A stretch of DNA of 64,000 nt from Octopus sinensis. Lineage: Eukaryota. The position numbers and the translations under genes were made by a program. The stretch lies in contig NC_042998.1 of assembly GCF_006345805.1 (NCBI RefSeq), positions 27,962,001 to 28,026,000 of the forward strand. Reading direction: 5' to 3'. Of this stretch, positions 1 through 12,956 are shown piece by piece. The notes under the pieces were generated by a model. The model was not told the origin of the DNA. It did no database searches and worked only from the letters and a program-made list of their open reading frames with translations. Position 1 is the stretch's first letter, and every line of letters begins with the position of its first letter.

Positions 1-451
1 TTTTGTTTGTCTCTAGTCTTTGAAGATTTTGTGTTATATATATATATATATATATATAATAGATAATGTGTATAGATAATGTATTTTTCTATTCTTTGAT
101 TATATAATAACATAGATCGTCATTTATTCTGTATTTCGTGGTTTAGTTTAACTTGAACAGCTTTGCATATGCATGTGTGCATCTATTGTAAATGTACGTA
201 CATATATTTATATGCACAGACACACACATGTATATAAATATATATATATGTGTGTGGTTGCACAGTTATGTGTACAACGGTATTATCTGAAATAAGATGT
301 AATCATTTGTGTAACACGCAGAAAAATATGCAAGTTTCCTTCAATTAACTTCATTGTCAAATAACCCCGAAGCATTAGAAATATCGGGAGAGAAAGAAAG
401 GAGGGGAAAAAAGAGATCATAAGCAACAGAAACAAAGGAAAGAGCAAATAA

Positions 452-521
<70 letters not shown>

Positions 522-906
522 GTAAGAATGTGAGAGAGAATTAGGGAGGGAGTGAGAAAGACAGAGGGAGTAGGGGCGAGTAGAAAGTAAATAGCAGAAA
601 ATTTGCTAAATACAAATTAAATTTGAAATTTCTTTGTGAAGAAGATTATTTTTTCCCTATATGTGCTATTCAGTAAAAATAATAAATACGGTTAGTAAAA
701 TATGTACAAAGGCTATTTATGATATTGCAGACTCTTATCTTAAAGTTGAATATAATTATTGTATAACTAATTACATACAGAAAAATCATTAAGAAAGGAC
801 ACAATTATCAGCACGAAGAATTTGTAAATATTTGAATGATTTCTTTAAGTAGGAGCTGAGTTCTATGTGGAGTGGAATATCAAACTTCTTGTAACCACGT
901 CTCCAA

Positions 907-1297
907 TCTTTCTCTATATAAAGCTGAAGTTGTCTGTGTATGGCAGGTTTGGTAGCCTTCAACTAACACTATCTCCTCCGAGACCCTACGGTGCAAGTTG
1001 ACCAAAATTGAGAGTATGATAGAAGAAGGCTTGCTCTTCCTTCCGTAGAAGAAAATTCAAATCGAACCATGTTAAGACCAAAAATGATTTACATCAAAAA
1101 GGTGCTTTTTTTCTATGAAAATCCCTATTTTTTTACGAATTTTTGACTGCTGCGTCGCCATTTTTCGGTGTATTTCAACCAGAAAAATGTTCACTTAAAG
1201 AGAATAACAAGCTACATAATGCAAACTTTTTACTTTTCAAAAAATCCAATTCTAAATGGTCGAAACAAACCCGAGCAACGCCGGGCAATACTGCTAG
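907..1297 (+). mobile_element. Non-autonomous Helitron
   Basis: Starts A|TC(TTTCTCTATATAAAG), ends with hairpin CCCGagcaacgcCGGG then CTAG|T; no TSD. Confidence 0.8.
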
Positions 1298-2231
1298 TAC
1301 TTCAATACTTTGTTGTTCATAATTCCATTCAGTAAAATTACAACCTTAGACTGCTTTATCTAAAGTGTACTTCCTAATTTAAGACAATATTTAAGACATT
1401 ATTACAGATATTAATGTACCTTATGGAAGCTGCTATAGAGATACCCATTAGTTGACCAGTATTTTTGCCATTAATTCACATATGTCATAAATTTGTTTCG
1501 TCTGTAACACCAATCGCCATTTTAAACTGAACGGATTGTACTTCAATTTATCTTTAAGGAGTAAAATGTAAGCATTTGACGCTAATTACCTTATGGTTTA
1601 TAAAAGTTTTGCTCGTAGACAATGTGACTTAATATACACATATAGAGTTGTATAATACATACCTACACGCATACACACACAGATATATATGTATATATTT
1701 GAGGGTGTGTTTACGTAATGTTAATTAGTTAAGAAAAATGAAACATTGAGAGTTAGTATCAGCATATCTCAGATTATTACGCCCATGTATTGTTACATGT
1801 TAATTTTAATAAGTGCTTACATTATTCAATATCCACGTGGAAATACTTTCTCATTAAAATCTCTGCTTAAACTGACTATTGTTTCTGAGTGTCATTTTAC
1901 GCCTTTCTGCACATAAGTCCTTCATTCAATATTTTAGTTACTCTCGGAAGTATTAAGATTAGATACTCTTTCAGTGGGGTGGCACAGAGTCAAGGGGCAA
2001 CAATTTGTGTGGTCAATAGCTGGTGTGCTCTTATAAGACCAAATGTTGTTTGTTGCTGTCACCTTGCCTTGTAAGATAGATCATATTTTTCTTATACGCA
2101 TGAATATTTATATATCTTGAAATTATCTCTCTTTTTCTAATGTCTCTAATATTTAGTGTTAGGTTTTTAGCTTTAACTAAATAAGAAAATGTAATTCGTT
2201 AAGATTTTTTTGTATACAAGATCGCACTTAC

Positions 2232-2252
2232 CTGAAATCCATCACTGCCGAT
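2232..2252 (-). CDS. Candidate 21-nt micro-exon (IGSDGFQ or another phase)
   Basis: Minus strand tttaacatttcag|ATCGGCAGTGATGGATTTCAG|gtaagt: consensus acceptor and donor, length divisible by 3. No homology evidence. Confidence 0.3.
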
Positions 2253-3145
2253 CTGAAATGTTAAATAACATACTATTGCTTTTTGGTAATTATCGAAAAT
2301 GTATTGGTTCAAATTCCTCGTAATCTTTACTTGTAAACTCCATTTCCTCTGAACAAAACAGAATTGAGAAAAACTATACTCGACAGATGAGGTTTAATAT
2401 GGTCAAAAGATGTTCGTAATTATCAGCCATGCCTAAAGATAAAAATTTTGCCACAAGGAAGAAAATTTAATTTCCAATGAAGATGGTTTTCAATTACTTG
2501 GTGTCGTATTTCTTTTTCTTTCAAACCTTTTGTTTCTCCAATTAAAAGACAATTTTCAATTCGCTAGCAATTTTCGGCATAACATTCAGTCATTGTCACT
2601 TATAATGAATCATTCACTGGCAGCACGAATCTAAGAATAAATGTTTCATGCTTAATAGGAAAAAACAAAATATTTCATTAAATAATATCTTATCAATCAT
2701 TTTGGCAAGAGACACAAATAGCAAGCTTGTTTATATATTATTTAAGACCTTACCGGATTACCAAAATTTCGTCCTCCCTCTTTTAAGATTTTCCCTAAGT
2801 AAATATGAAAGAATGCCCAGCTTAATCAGTTGAAATTATAGGGAAGAAATAATTCTGCTAGTTTATGACATATAGAATGAATGTATGTACAAAGCACGAA
2901 AGCTGTCCAGATACAGAACAAACCTGTCGATGACAAATCCCGATGATTATACATTACAATAAAACATCACAATGTGAATATGGTTACCTTAATATATTCA
3001 GGTTTGGATGACCTGATCTGAATTTGTTCTTCGTTAAATCGTTATCTAACTGAAATCATCTCTTTATTCAACTTATTTCTATTATATTTCGTTTTGGGAT
3101 TTGGTTTGCAAGATTCTTTATATGAGTTCGTGTGTTGAAGCATAT

Positions 3146-3424
3146 TCTGTTGTGTCTGGGGAGAGTCATTTTCTTTTTTGTGCCTTATAATGTAACACAC
3201 TCACAGGTAAAATTTCCACTTTTTTCTTATTTTTATTTTCTTAAAATTTTCGTTGCATCTTGCAACCTTTTCAATAGTTGCAAGAGTCAAAACTATTGAA
3301 AAGGTTGCAAGACGCAACGAAAATTTTAAGAAAATAAAGATAAGAAAGAAGTGGAAATTTTTACCTGTGAATGTGTTATATTATAAGGCACAAAAAGAAA
3401 ATGACTCTCCCCAGACACAACAGA
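3146..3424. repeat. Inverted repeat, ~134-bp arms, 11-bp spacer
   Basis: 3146-3279 is the near-exact reverse complement of 3291-3424. Confidence 0.9.
3293..3330 (+). ncRNA. Possible minimal type I HHR, U3:A8 core (mirror copy ~3240-3277 on minus)
   Basis: cTA TTGAAAA G GTTGC aagac GCAAC GAAA A TT T^TAag; 5-bp stem II, palindromic stem III, but stem I only 2-3 bp. Confidence 0.4.
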
Positions 3425-3684
3425 TTATTTCTATGAGTTTTCTAACAATAGTATCTTTCAAAGTTTTAAATGTCATATTAAATGCTTACAACTGTTAATG
3501 TACTACTTAGGTTTCATAACTTCAAGTTTATATGTAGAGTAATGAAGCGCAGGAAATATTTACTGATAGTAATTGTCAGTTTTCAATAGAAACTATGGAA
3601 ATGCATGAACGCATCTTCACAGACTTGAATACAAAATGTAAAGCCATTTACAACATTGGAAAATGTCAAATAATAGAATGCTCA

Positions 3685-4510
3685 GTCATTCAATATTATT
3701 TAGTTTTAATATATTTGAATGGAAAATTTAGACTTTGCTCTCAGATATTTTGAAAGGTTTCTGTAAATATTCATTTTATTTATCTTATTATATTTATCGT
3801 ATTATATCTATCATACAATATGCAATGTACTTTAACGTTTAAATTCACCATTCATTAATCGATATTATTTGGTTTTAATATATTTGAATGGAACATTTTG
3901 CCTTTGCTCTCAGATATTTTTAAAAGGTTTTCGCAAATATTCATTATATTTATCGTATTGTATTTATCATACAATATGCAATGTACTTTAACGTTTAAAT
4001 TCACCATTCATTAATCAATATTATTTGGTTTTAATATATTTGAATGGAAAATTTAGGCTTTGCTCTCAGACATTTTGAAAGGTTTTAGTAAATATTCATT
4101 TTATTTATCGTATTATATTTATCATACACTATGCAATGTACTTTAACGTTTAAATTCACCATTCATTAATCAATATTATTTGGTTTTAATATATTTGAAT
4201 GGAAAATTTTGGCTTTGCTCTCAGATATTTTAAAAAGGTTTTTGCAAATATTCATTATATTTATCGTATTATATTTATCATACTATATGCAATGTACTGT
4301 AACGTTTAAATTCACCTTTCATTTATCAATTTTATTCAGTTTTAATAAATTTGAATGGAAAATTTAGGCTTTGCTCTCAGATACTTTGACAGGGTTTTTC
4401 AAATATTCATTATATTTATCGTATAATTTTTATCGTATTATTTTTATCATTATATTTATCATACTATATGCAATGTACTTTAACGTTTAAATTCACCTTT
4501 CATTAATCCT
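3685..4510. repeat. Tandem minisatellite, ~5 copies of a ~155-180 bp AT-rich unit
   Basis: Unit cattcattaatcaatattatttggttttaatatatttgaatgg...tttaacgtttaaattcac recurs near 3849, 4006, 4160, 4318, 4498. Confidence 0.9.
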
Positions 4511-5282
4511 TAAGGTATCGAAATTTTCCTCACAACGCGGCGTGGAATTGTATCTGTGAGCAGGTTTTAATGAAACAATTTACATTCTAATACCCCAATA
4601 AAGAAATTAAAAGTGAATTTAACAGTTTTCTTTATTGTTTTGAGTCTATTACAATGTAACCGTCTCAGTTTCACAACACACGTCCCTTCTCAGACATGTA
4701 CAATTCCAACATATCTTGAAACATAGCATTTCATTTCAGTCCTATATTGCAGTCCCTGAAATTTGATATAAAAATATAATAATGTTGAACATATCGTCTG
4801 GGGAATTTTGTCATGTGAATAATGAATGTTTTTCCTTACTGTTATACCAGAATATCTTTTACATGATGAATTCATTTCAATTTAATAAAACAAACCCCAG
4901 CAGAGAATGTATTACAAAGCTTCAAGTTACACGTTCAGTTTAAATAATAGTTTAGTTATTAATATTAATTAAAGTTTATTTATTTTCTATGAAAATTGAT
5001 TCAACACATTAGGAAGAGCAAATTTCTTCGAAGCTGTTTTCTTTAAATCTGACAGTTAAATTCTATAGAAATAGATGAAACCTAAACTAAAAATCGGAGA
5101 ACTATCAATGTAAATTTATTAAGTCAAGAAACCAGATATCCATGAGCGTTATGCGGTATTTGTTTTTACTAATGGGAACTATAATTAAATCTGCAGAGCA
5201 TTTATGTATTGACTCACTCGTATGTAGAAATCAATTTCCATATAATTTTGTTAGCAAATCATTTTCTAGCTATTTTATTGTT

Positions 5283-5575
5283 AGGAGTGGCTGTGTGGTA
5301 AGTAGCTTGCTTACCAACCACATGGTTCTGGGTTCAGTCCCACTGCGTGGCACCTTGGGCAAGTGTCTTCTATTATAGCCTCGGGTCGACCAAAGCCTTG
5401 TGAGTGGATTTGGTAGACGGAAACTAAAAGAATCCCGTCGTATATATGTATATATAAATATAAATATATGTATGTGCGTGTATGTTTGTGTGTCTGTGTT
5501 TGTCCCCCTAGCATTGCTTGACAACCGATGCTGGTGTGTTTATGTTCCCGTCACTTAGCGGTTCGGTAAAAGAGT
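5283..5575 (+). mobile_element. tRNA-derived SINE, family B (CORE-like centre), 3'-truncated
   Basis: Head aggagtggctgtgtggtaag...gggttcagtccc, CORE-like accttgggcaagtgtctt; same as copies at 24035, 43625, 52765, 61614. Confidence 0.85.
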
Positions 5576-7354
5576 AAAAGAGTAAGAGAGTTTATAATAA
5601 TAACATGCATATGTGAATGATATCTTCATTGGTTACAATCTCCGTCAGATCAACCACTGGTTCAGCCCATCTCCCACTATGACAAGGACTATATGTGATT
5701 TGCGTGCAAGATTGCGTGCAAGCTGGTATCTCCTCGTCGAAATTGGCTCCTGTAATAGTTATTGGAAATATATTCCTAAGTCTGGTAGTCGAGTGCAGAA
5801 AGCTTCTACCCAGATCTTGGGTTTTGATGTTGGATGTTGGAAGGCTTCCTGCAGACACAAAGGCACAATTACTTGTAAAAGGTCAAACGCTCAATGTTGG
5901 CAGTAACATTGCCCGAATCGAATTCTGATGGGCTGTGAATTGTGTACATTCTAGGAAGTTATTGAACAATTTTATCGACATATTTTCCCAGTTTATGCAA
6001 TTATAATCCATCTAAATATATAAACAATATACATACATGTATATATATATATATGCCTCTCTGACGATATAAAGATGCATACATCGTTGCTTATGAAAAT
6101 GCTTTCTGTTATACGTATTGTGAGAGCTGGGACGAATACCCTATACGTTTTGGGACTTGGCCGATTTGTCAATGTTCATATTACTAAATTATATGAAACG
6201 TGTAAAATCGTTGCCTGATGCGAATTAAGCTACGTTATATTAAACGACTCCTTTGAAAAAAGGGAACAACTTTTTTGCTTCTTAACCTTTTGTACTACTA
6301 CCAGGTGGTCCTTTATTTACATGAGTATATCTCACTATCTTAAACCCTACATTCCTTCATTGGACTGCAAGTAATTGATAAAATATATCAACTGTTTTCT
6401 GTAAATAAATTAGTAGAACATCACGTTTAACAGCAACTACACACTCCACACACAACACTAAGATCTCTATAAAAATCAATCAACGACAGATTGTACTGCT
6501 TTCGTTGTTTCTACTAACTAATAAATAAAGTAAATAAATGCATGTGTGATTAAGATGTTTTAAAACTTAAATGGATACTTAGTATAATAATAAAGATAAA
6601 GGGTAACATAATTTATACCTTTGTCAGAACAAATATTGCATTAGAGTCAGAATAAAGTTGAGAAAATGTGCTGCGAATTTTAAATCTTATTAATATCGTT
6701 AAAAATTTACAGGTAATCTTTTCGGTATTGTGCTACAAAAAATTCTATGCGAAAACTTCAGCATTTTCCCCATAATCTTACAAGATTCTCATTAAAATCT
6801 CTGCTAAAACTGACGTTTCAGTTGACGATAATCCTATTGTTTCTGAGTGTTATTTTACGCCTTTCTGCACATAAATTCCAACTTGATCTCTGAAGATTAA
6901 AATCGATTAGAAATTCTTCTTTAGAATTTATCCAATCACAAAGCGCATTTTAAATTTGCACAAATAAAGATCTATTATATTTAATTCCTTTAAAACACTA
7001 TGTAATAAATGTTTTGTATTTTCAGAAATTCCGATGATTAAATTTATTATATTTTCATGAAAACTTTGATCATGTTCTTCAACAGTAGCTGTTATAAATA
7101 ATTTTTCACAGAAATCGATATGGCGTTTCGTTACATCGTTGCTTATGAAAATGCTTTCTGTTATACGTATTCTGTACACAGTAGCGTCGATAAAAGTCTA
7201 TACACTGAGAATCTTTCATTGTCTTTATCCATCAACACCAACATGAGAGACAATGTGCCTTGTGCATATAAATCTAACGGAATTTATCCCTCTCCAAAGC
7301 TAACCGAAATCGGTGCCGTTTCAAGAGCAAGAGTGAGAAATGGATTTGGTTTGT

Positions 7355-7640
7355 TCCTTCTCGAGCCATGCCTGGATCATAAGGGTTGACTTCCCAGTTT
7401 CCTTGGCATATAGGTTCCCCACCTGGACGGGACGCCGGTGAGCTGCAAGATGCAGGAGGAAAGAATGAGAGTAAATTGCGGGGAAAGAGTCAGCAGAAGT
7501 TCGCCATTACCTTCTGCCGGAGCCGCGTGGAGCTAGGTGTTTCGCTCATAAACACGCACATCGCCCGGTCTGCGATTCGAACCTGCGATACCTCGACCGC
7601 GAATCCGCCGCTCTAACCACTAGGCCATGTGCCTCCACTG
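7355..7640 (-). mobile_element. tRNA-derived SINE, family C
   Basis: Minus strand gtggaggcacatggcctagtggttagagcggcggattcgcgg...ggttcgaatc head (A/B boxes); tail shared with 50870 copy. Confidence 0.8.
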
Positions 7641-8566
7641 AGAAATGGATGCAAGAAGAAGGGTCAATCCCGCTTTTCCCTGACAATGTATTGAATTTGA
7701 ATGGATGAAACATGAAGGAAACATAAGTGAGATTTGAATTGTGAGAGCTGGGACGAAGACCCTATGCGTTTTGAGTCTTTGCCGATTTATCAATGTTCAT
7801 ATTACTAAATTATATGAAACGTGTAAAAGCGTTGCCGGATGCGAATTCAGCTACGTTATATTAAATAACTCCTTTGAAAAAAGGGAACAACTTTTTTGCT
7901 TCTTAACCTTTTGTATTACTACCTTTTGTACTACGACCAAGCGGTGCTATTAAGTTAGACACGGCCTGTGTTCAAGAAGCTGATACATATGCAGGGATTT
8001 GTCTTATTATATCTAGTGATATTTTTTCCGTCTCCTTGAGAGTTAGTATCAGCATATCTCAGATTATCACGCCCATGTATTGTTACATGCTAACTTTAGT
8101 AAGTGCTTACATTATTCAATACCCATGTGGAAATACTTTCATACTCTGCAACTGGTAAGGTTATTTAAAATTTCTTGTATACAGTCTAATGGTGGAACAA
8201 TAGATAGATTGTCATTATGATGACTGGGAAACCAAAACTGACATGGTTGATTGCTATTTTTATGTTGTTTGCATAGATGCCAACTGAGGATAAACCCTTT
8301 ATTAATTATATGATTTTGGTAGGTTTTGCAGCTAAAGGTATGTCCTGTGTTTAGAACACTGAAATATTATAATCATTCCCCAGGCGCGCAGTTCTCTATC
8401 CAGTATTTAAAAAATATAGTGATGTGTAATGGAAGGTTGTTTTCTTTCGCATTGTTTTAAGTTCAGTCAGTTTTCTAATTTGAGAAAAAGAGAAACAGGT
8501 CTCTCGTCGAGACTCCAATCACATATCTAGCTTTTCTTTCTTTTTTAGAAGGCTAATATTAGGCTA

Positions 8567-8700
8567 TTTGTATCAAAATATTTGCGACGCTTTGAAACTG
8601 CGACTTGTTCACTGACAAAACTTCGTGCTGTATCACTTTTGTGAAGATTTGTCAGTGAGCAGGTCGCGGTTTCAAAGCGTCGAAAATATTTTGACACAAA
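8567..8700. repeat. Fold-back hairpin, ~58-bp arms (MITE-like)
   Basis: tttgtatcaaaatatttgcgacgctttgaaac... pairs with ...gtttcaaagcgtcgaaaatattttgacacaaa. Confidence 0.8.
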
Positions 8701-9548
8701 GGAAATTTAAATGTTGAAGTGAAACTAACTTTTTGTGTGTTCTTGAATGGCTTACAAATATTTTCCATGCTGCAATTGTTGTTGATTTAAAAAAAAAAAG
8801 TTATGTAAGCGATAATTCATTTTAATAGAATACTTTTCGGTTAGAAAATGTTTTTTCTTACACACAAACACAGCTTCGCTTGATTCAGGCGGGGGTAAAA
8901 CTTTAGATTACAACTTATTTTGTTGTTTTTCTTTCACAAATGGCCCACGCGTGTGTTACTTCGGCATCATTATTCCATAGAATGTGTTTAATGGGAGAAA
9001 ACATCAATACACGTGAGAGTGAAAAGTGTGGTTGTGGTTTGGGTTGTGCTAGAAACAACAGCGAAAATTCCTTTGAATTGTTCACCTTTTCCTCGGAAAA
9101 TATTTACAATTTTAATTTTGTACCATGGCTTTTAAGTTAAAAAGAAAAAGGGCTCAAAGTCCGAATAGTTATCATTGTAAGGCTTATAGCGTTCCAAACA
9201 GCCATATCAACAAAACCGCTTTTAAACTTATTTACAAAAGTTATACGAGTATTTTTTTTAAAATTTCATTTAATAAATAATGTTTTTATATTACGCGTAC
9301 ATTGATAGAATAAACTGTCGGTTTTCTAAATAGCGAATTAAAACATCAAATGAAAACATTGAAAGAGAAAGTGAGAGACTTTACAAATGAAATTGGAATA
9401 CACTGCGGTGAATGTAATGAATATTTAAATTTGTGAAGAACTGGACGCAGTGAATGCAATGACTATTTACATTTGCGAGAAATTACAGTTAAAAGATTCA
9501 ATAACCTTGACAAATCCAAATTACAGGTAATTTCTCAGAACATGAATT

Positions 9549-9579
<31 letters not shown>

Positions 9580-9801
9580 TATTAAAATTACTAAGTCTCT
9601 CTAAAAGAGAACAACGGCAGCGTTCCCGGAAAATATTAGTTATCGCCATACTAATATGGCATTCTTATAAAAATAAGAATAAAGCTGACCGCTTATTAGC
9701 TCCATGAGGCCATCGCCTTAAGTTAGCTATTTGATACACAAACTGTATCCATATAACCTTTGAACAAGGGAGGTCAGTCGCTCCACACTACTTGGCTGGC
9801 A

Positions 9802-9843
9802 GCTACAGACGCGTTTCGGGGTATTGCCCCTTTTCAATGCAGC
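9802..9843 (-). ncRNA. Type I HHR, U3:A8 variant
   Basis: Reverse complement of the 10377-10418 motif. Confidence 0.75.
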
Positions 9844-10376
9844 GTAGCCAAACCAGTAGGTGTCGCTTCCGACAATCTCTGTTCAAAGGTTTTATTTACC
9901 TAGCTTCGGTGGAATACATCCACTTGTTTTCAATAATAGAAATATTAAAATTACTAAGTCTCTCTAAAAGAGAACAACGGCAGCGTTCCCGGAAAATATT
10001 AGTTATCGCCATACTAATATTGAAAAGGGGCAATACCCCGAAACGCGTCTGTAGCTGCCAGCCAAGTAGTGTGGAGCGACTGACCTCCCTTGTTCAAAGG
10101 TTATATGGATACAGTTTGTGTATCAAATAGCTAACTTAAGGCGATGGCCTCATGGAGCTAATAAGCGGTCAGCTTTATTCTTATTTTTATAAGAATGCCA
10201 TATTAGTATGGCGATAACTAATATTTTCCGGGAACGCTGCCGTTGTTCTCTTTTAGAGAGACTTAGTAATTTTAATATTTCTATTATTGAAAACAAGTGG
10301 ATGTATTCCACCGAAGCTAGGTAAATAAAACCTTTGAACAGAGATTGTCGGAAGCGACACCTACTGGTTTGGCTAC

Positions 10377-10418
10377 GCTGCATTGAAAAGGGGCAATACC
10401 CCGAAACGCGTCTGTAGC
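10377..10418 (+). ncRNA. Type I HHR, U3:A8 variant
   Basis: GCTGCA TTGAAAA GGGG caata CCCC GAAAC gc GTC^TGTAGC: 6-bp stem I, 4-bp stem II, palindromic ACGCGT stem III. Confidence 0.75.
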
Positions 10419-10612
10419 TGCCAGCCAAGTAGTGTGGAGCGACTGACCTCCCTTGTTCAAAGGTTATTGGATACAGTTTGTGTATCAAATAGCTAACTTA
10501 AGGCGATGGCCTCATGGAGCTAATAAGCGGTCAGCTTTATTCTTATTTTTATAAGAATGCCATATTAGTATGGCGATAACTAATATATATATATATTTAT
10601 ATATATATATAT

Positions 10613-11141
10613 ACGTACACTTTTTTATCCAAGGGGAGGCAATAGGAGCAACCACAGGAACACCACAAAATTCAATGATAGACCAAACACATGCAAATCT
10701 TATATACTAGTTTATATCTATACAGTCCGATATATTAGAAATTTAAAAATTCAGTAATATATAAGTATCATATACAAATAAAAATATAAATACAAATATA
10801 AATATAAAAATAAATATAAATATAAATTTTGCATATAACACGCTTAAAACTGTTAGAATAAGCGGAATAAATATAGTGATAATAAAATAAAAATATAGCA
10901 TATCAAGACACGAGTAAAATTCCGGCGAATAGTACATAAAATAGAATACACATACAAGCTTACAAAAATATAAGATATACAGAAGTCCATCATCTACGGG
11001 CCGTTTCGGGCATGTGCCAATCAATACTAGACATATCAGTACTTAAAATAGTACTTAAAATTGGCACTCCACTCGTCAGGGAGAAGCAATACTTGATGGC
11101 TGTTGCTCCTATTGTCTCCCCTTTGATAAAAAAAGTGTATA
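10613..11141. mobile_element. Element with ~38-bp terminal inverted segments and a decayed HHR-like relic (10993-11031, minus)
   Basis: 10615-10651 pairs with 11102-11141; minus strand tcta...GGCacatGCC cGAAAC ggcc...taga with a damaged core. Confidence 0.4.
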
Positions 11142-11241
11142 CACCTCATTGGAGTACTTCTATTTCCAGTCTGTTGTATATCTTGAGTGTTGTTGTCACT
11201 AAAGATATAACTTTATATTTTGTAATATATATATATATTAT

Positions 11242-11294
<53 letters not shown>

Positions 11295-11544
11295 CTATAT
11301 TTATATTTATATTATATGTATGTATGTACGAATGTATGTGTATGAGAGTGTGTGTATGTATATTCAAACACATTTCCTAATATATAGAACAAAATAACTC
11401 TTTCTCTTTTAATACACTGAGGGTGGAAATAAAACAACAGACCGCTCAGCCGTTTATATAATCGTATCTCAAATCTGTCTTTGCGCCAGAAAAATATACC
11501 AAGTATTAGAAAAAATATCTACTTAGTAAGACAATTGATAATAT

Positions 11545-11760
11545 ATCGGTTTAAAATTTTAGCACAAAGCTACCAGTTTCGAGGAAGGGGGAATCCGATT
11601 ACATCGACCCTATTACTCAATTGGTACTTATTTTATCGTCCACGAAATGATGAAAGTAAAAATCGACTTCGGCGGAATTTGAACTTGGATTGTAAAGACG
11701 GATGAAATGCCGCTAAACATTTTGCCTGGCGTGCTAAGGATCCTCGTAGTTCACCATCTT
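11545..11760 (-). mobile_element. Diverged SINE family A
   Basis: Matches family A (cgattacatcgacccc...ggcggaatttgaac...). Confidence 0.7.
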
Positions 11761-12761
11761 GGGAACTGATAATATATCACATTGCAGGCAACAAAATAAG
11801 TTTATCTTCAAACAAATTGAATCGAATTCCAAACAGCCAAAGACCACTGTCAAGTCTCTTTCACCGCACCCACAAGACTCGAGCATGAATCAGCCCTAAC
11901 AAACTAGACAGGCAGTGTGTAGAAGTATGCATACAGAATGATAAAGCACACACACACACACACACACACACACTATCAAATATACTGAAGGATATGCATT
12001 GATACCCAAGATAAAAACAAAGCAAGGCCCGAACAAATTACAGAAACACGCAATAACACACGCAAGCACACATGAAATTTTTAATTAAAAAATACATAGA
12101 TTATCGAAACAAATAAACAAGCAAATATCTTTAATTAGTTTAACAGACAAATTTAATAAACTGAACGAAATTCCACTCCCCATAAAGAAGCCTTTAATCC
12201 TTTCATTATTGGCAAAACCAAAATTAAAAACAGATTAGGAAGAGCCACTCAACCATAAAACACAATTTACAATGTGCCACACGCCTAACTTCCTCCATAA
12301 ACTTTAATTTGTTTGACAGATAAATCAGAAAGAAACATCACAGCCAATAACAAGAGGAATATATAAAACAATGAAACAAGTGCAATACCAAGGAAAAAGA
12401 TATACATACAAACAAATATTTGAGATTTTAAACTTTGAGTAAGATTAAATTTACGCCAGCAAAGACATTCTACCATGACATCAAAATTTGGGAAGAGAAT
12501 CCCTTTTAATCAAGAAAAGAAACTGGATCAAACATCAAACTGCTTTAATAAAGGAAGTTAAAAAACAACCAAATAAATATGAAATCCCTCCCAAAAATAC
12601 AAATAAGTGGGTGCAGCATTAGAAATTTAAGAGACTTTATCAGCATCTGCCCACTCACAATAACCAAGGCAGAGGCTTACATAAAAAGGAAGAAAGCAGA
12701 GATGTATTATAGAATGCATGCATGCATGCAAACATGCAAGTATATATACATACGTACACAC

Positions 12762-12956
12762 ATCCAAACAAGATAGCACAAAATACAAAACGCGAGGACG
12801 TAGAACAAATATAGTATTATTGGAGGCTCAGGAAATAAGGAAAGAGGAGGGTTTAACGTTTCGAGCGGAGCTCTTCGTCGGAAACATAGGAGAAGGAAAG
12901 ATCCAGAGAAGGGAAGACAGAGGAAAAAAAATCGCCAACGGTACACACGCGGTCAC
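12762..12956 (-). mobile_element. ~195-bp HHR-bearing short element next to (TA)n
   Basis: High identity to 57331-57525; central HHR motif. Confidence 0.75.
12851..12885 (-). ncRNA. Minimal type I HHR, C4 variant with extra A after A9
   Basis: Minus: GTTT CCGACGA A GAGC tcc GCTC GAAAC GTT^AAAC; loop-less palindromic stem III (ACGT). Confidence 0.6.

Larger units (their letters stand above)
9575..10585. mobile_element. Retrozyme-like HHR element: 363-bp monomer in partial tandems, arranged as a divergent inverted pair
   Basis: Left arm period 9575->9938, right arm period 10020->10383; right arm is the reverse complement of the left; one HHR per monomer; both outer ends abut (TA)n. Confidence 0.8.

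Noticed and set aside
3685-4510. Regular repeats as a possible CRISPR-like array
   Set aside because: Whole units repeat with no unique spacers; eukaryotic minisatellite.
5270-5524. Recurrent ORFs such as ...DGLLSVSVYQIHSQGFGRP... (also 24075, 43645, 52937)
   Set aside because: Antisense translations of SINE family B, not a gene family.
5592-5930. Ankyrin-like GDTSLH peptide on minus strand
   Set aside because: Surrounded by stops; a single short motif is not enough.
9330-9527. Plus-strand exon-like segment ending TTACAG|gtaatt
   Set aside because: In-frame stop within an internal duplication; no homology recognised.
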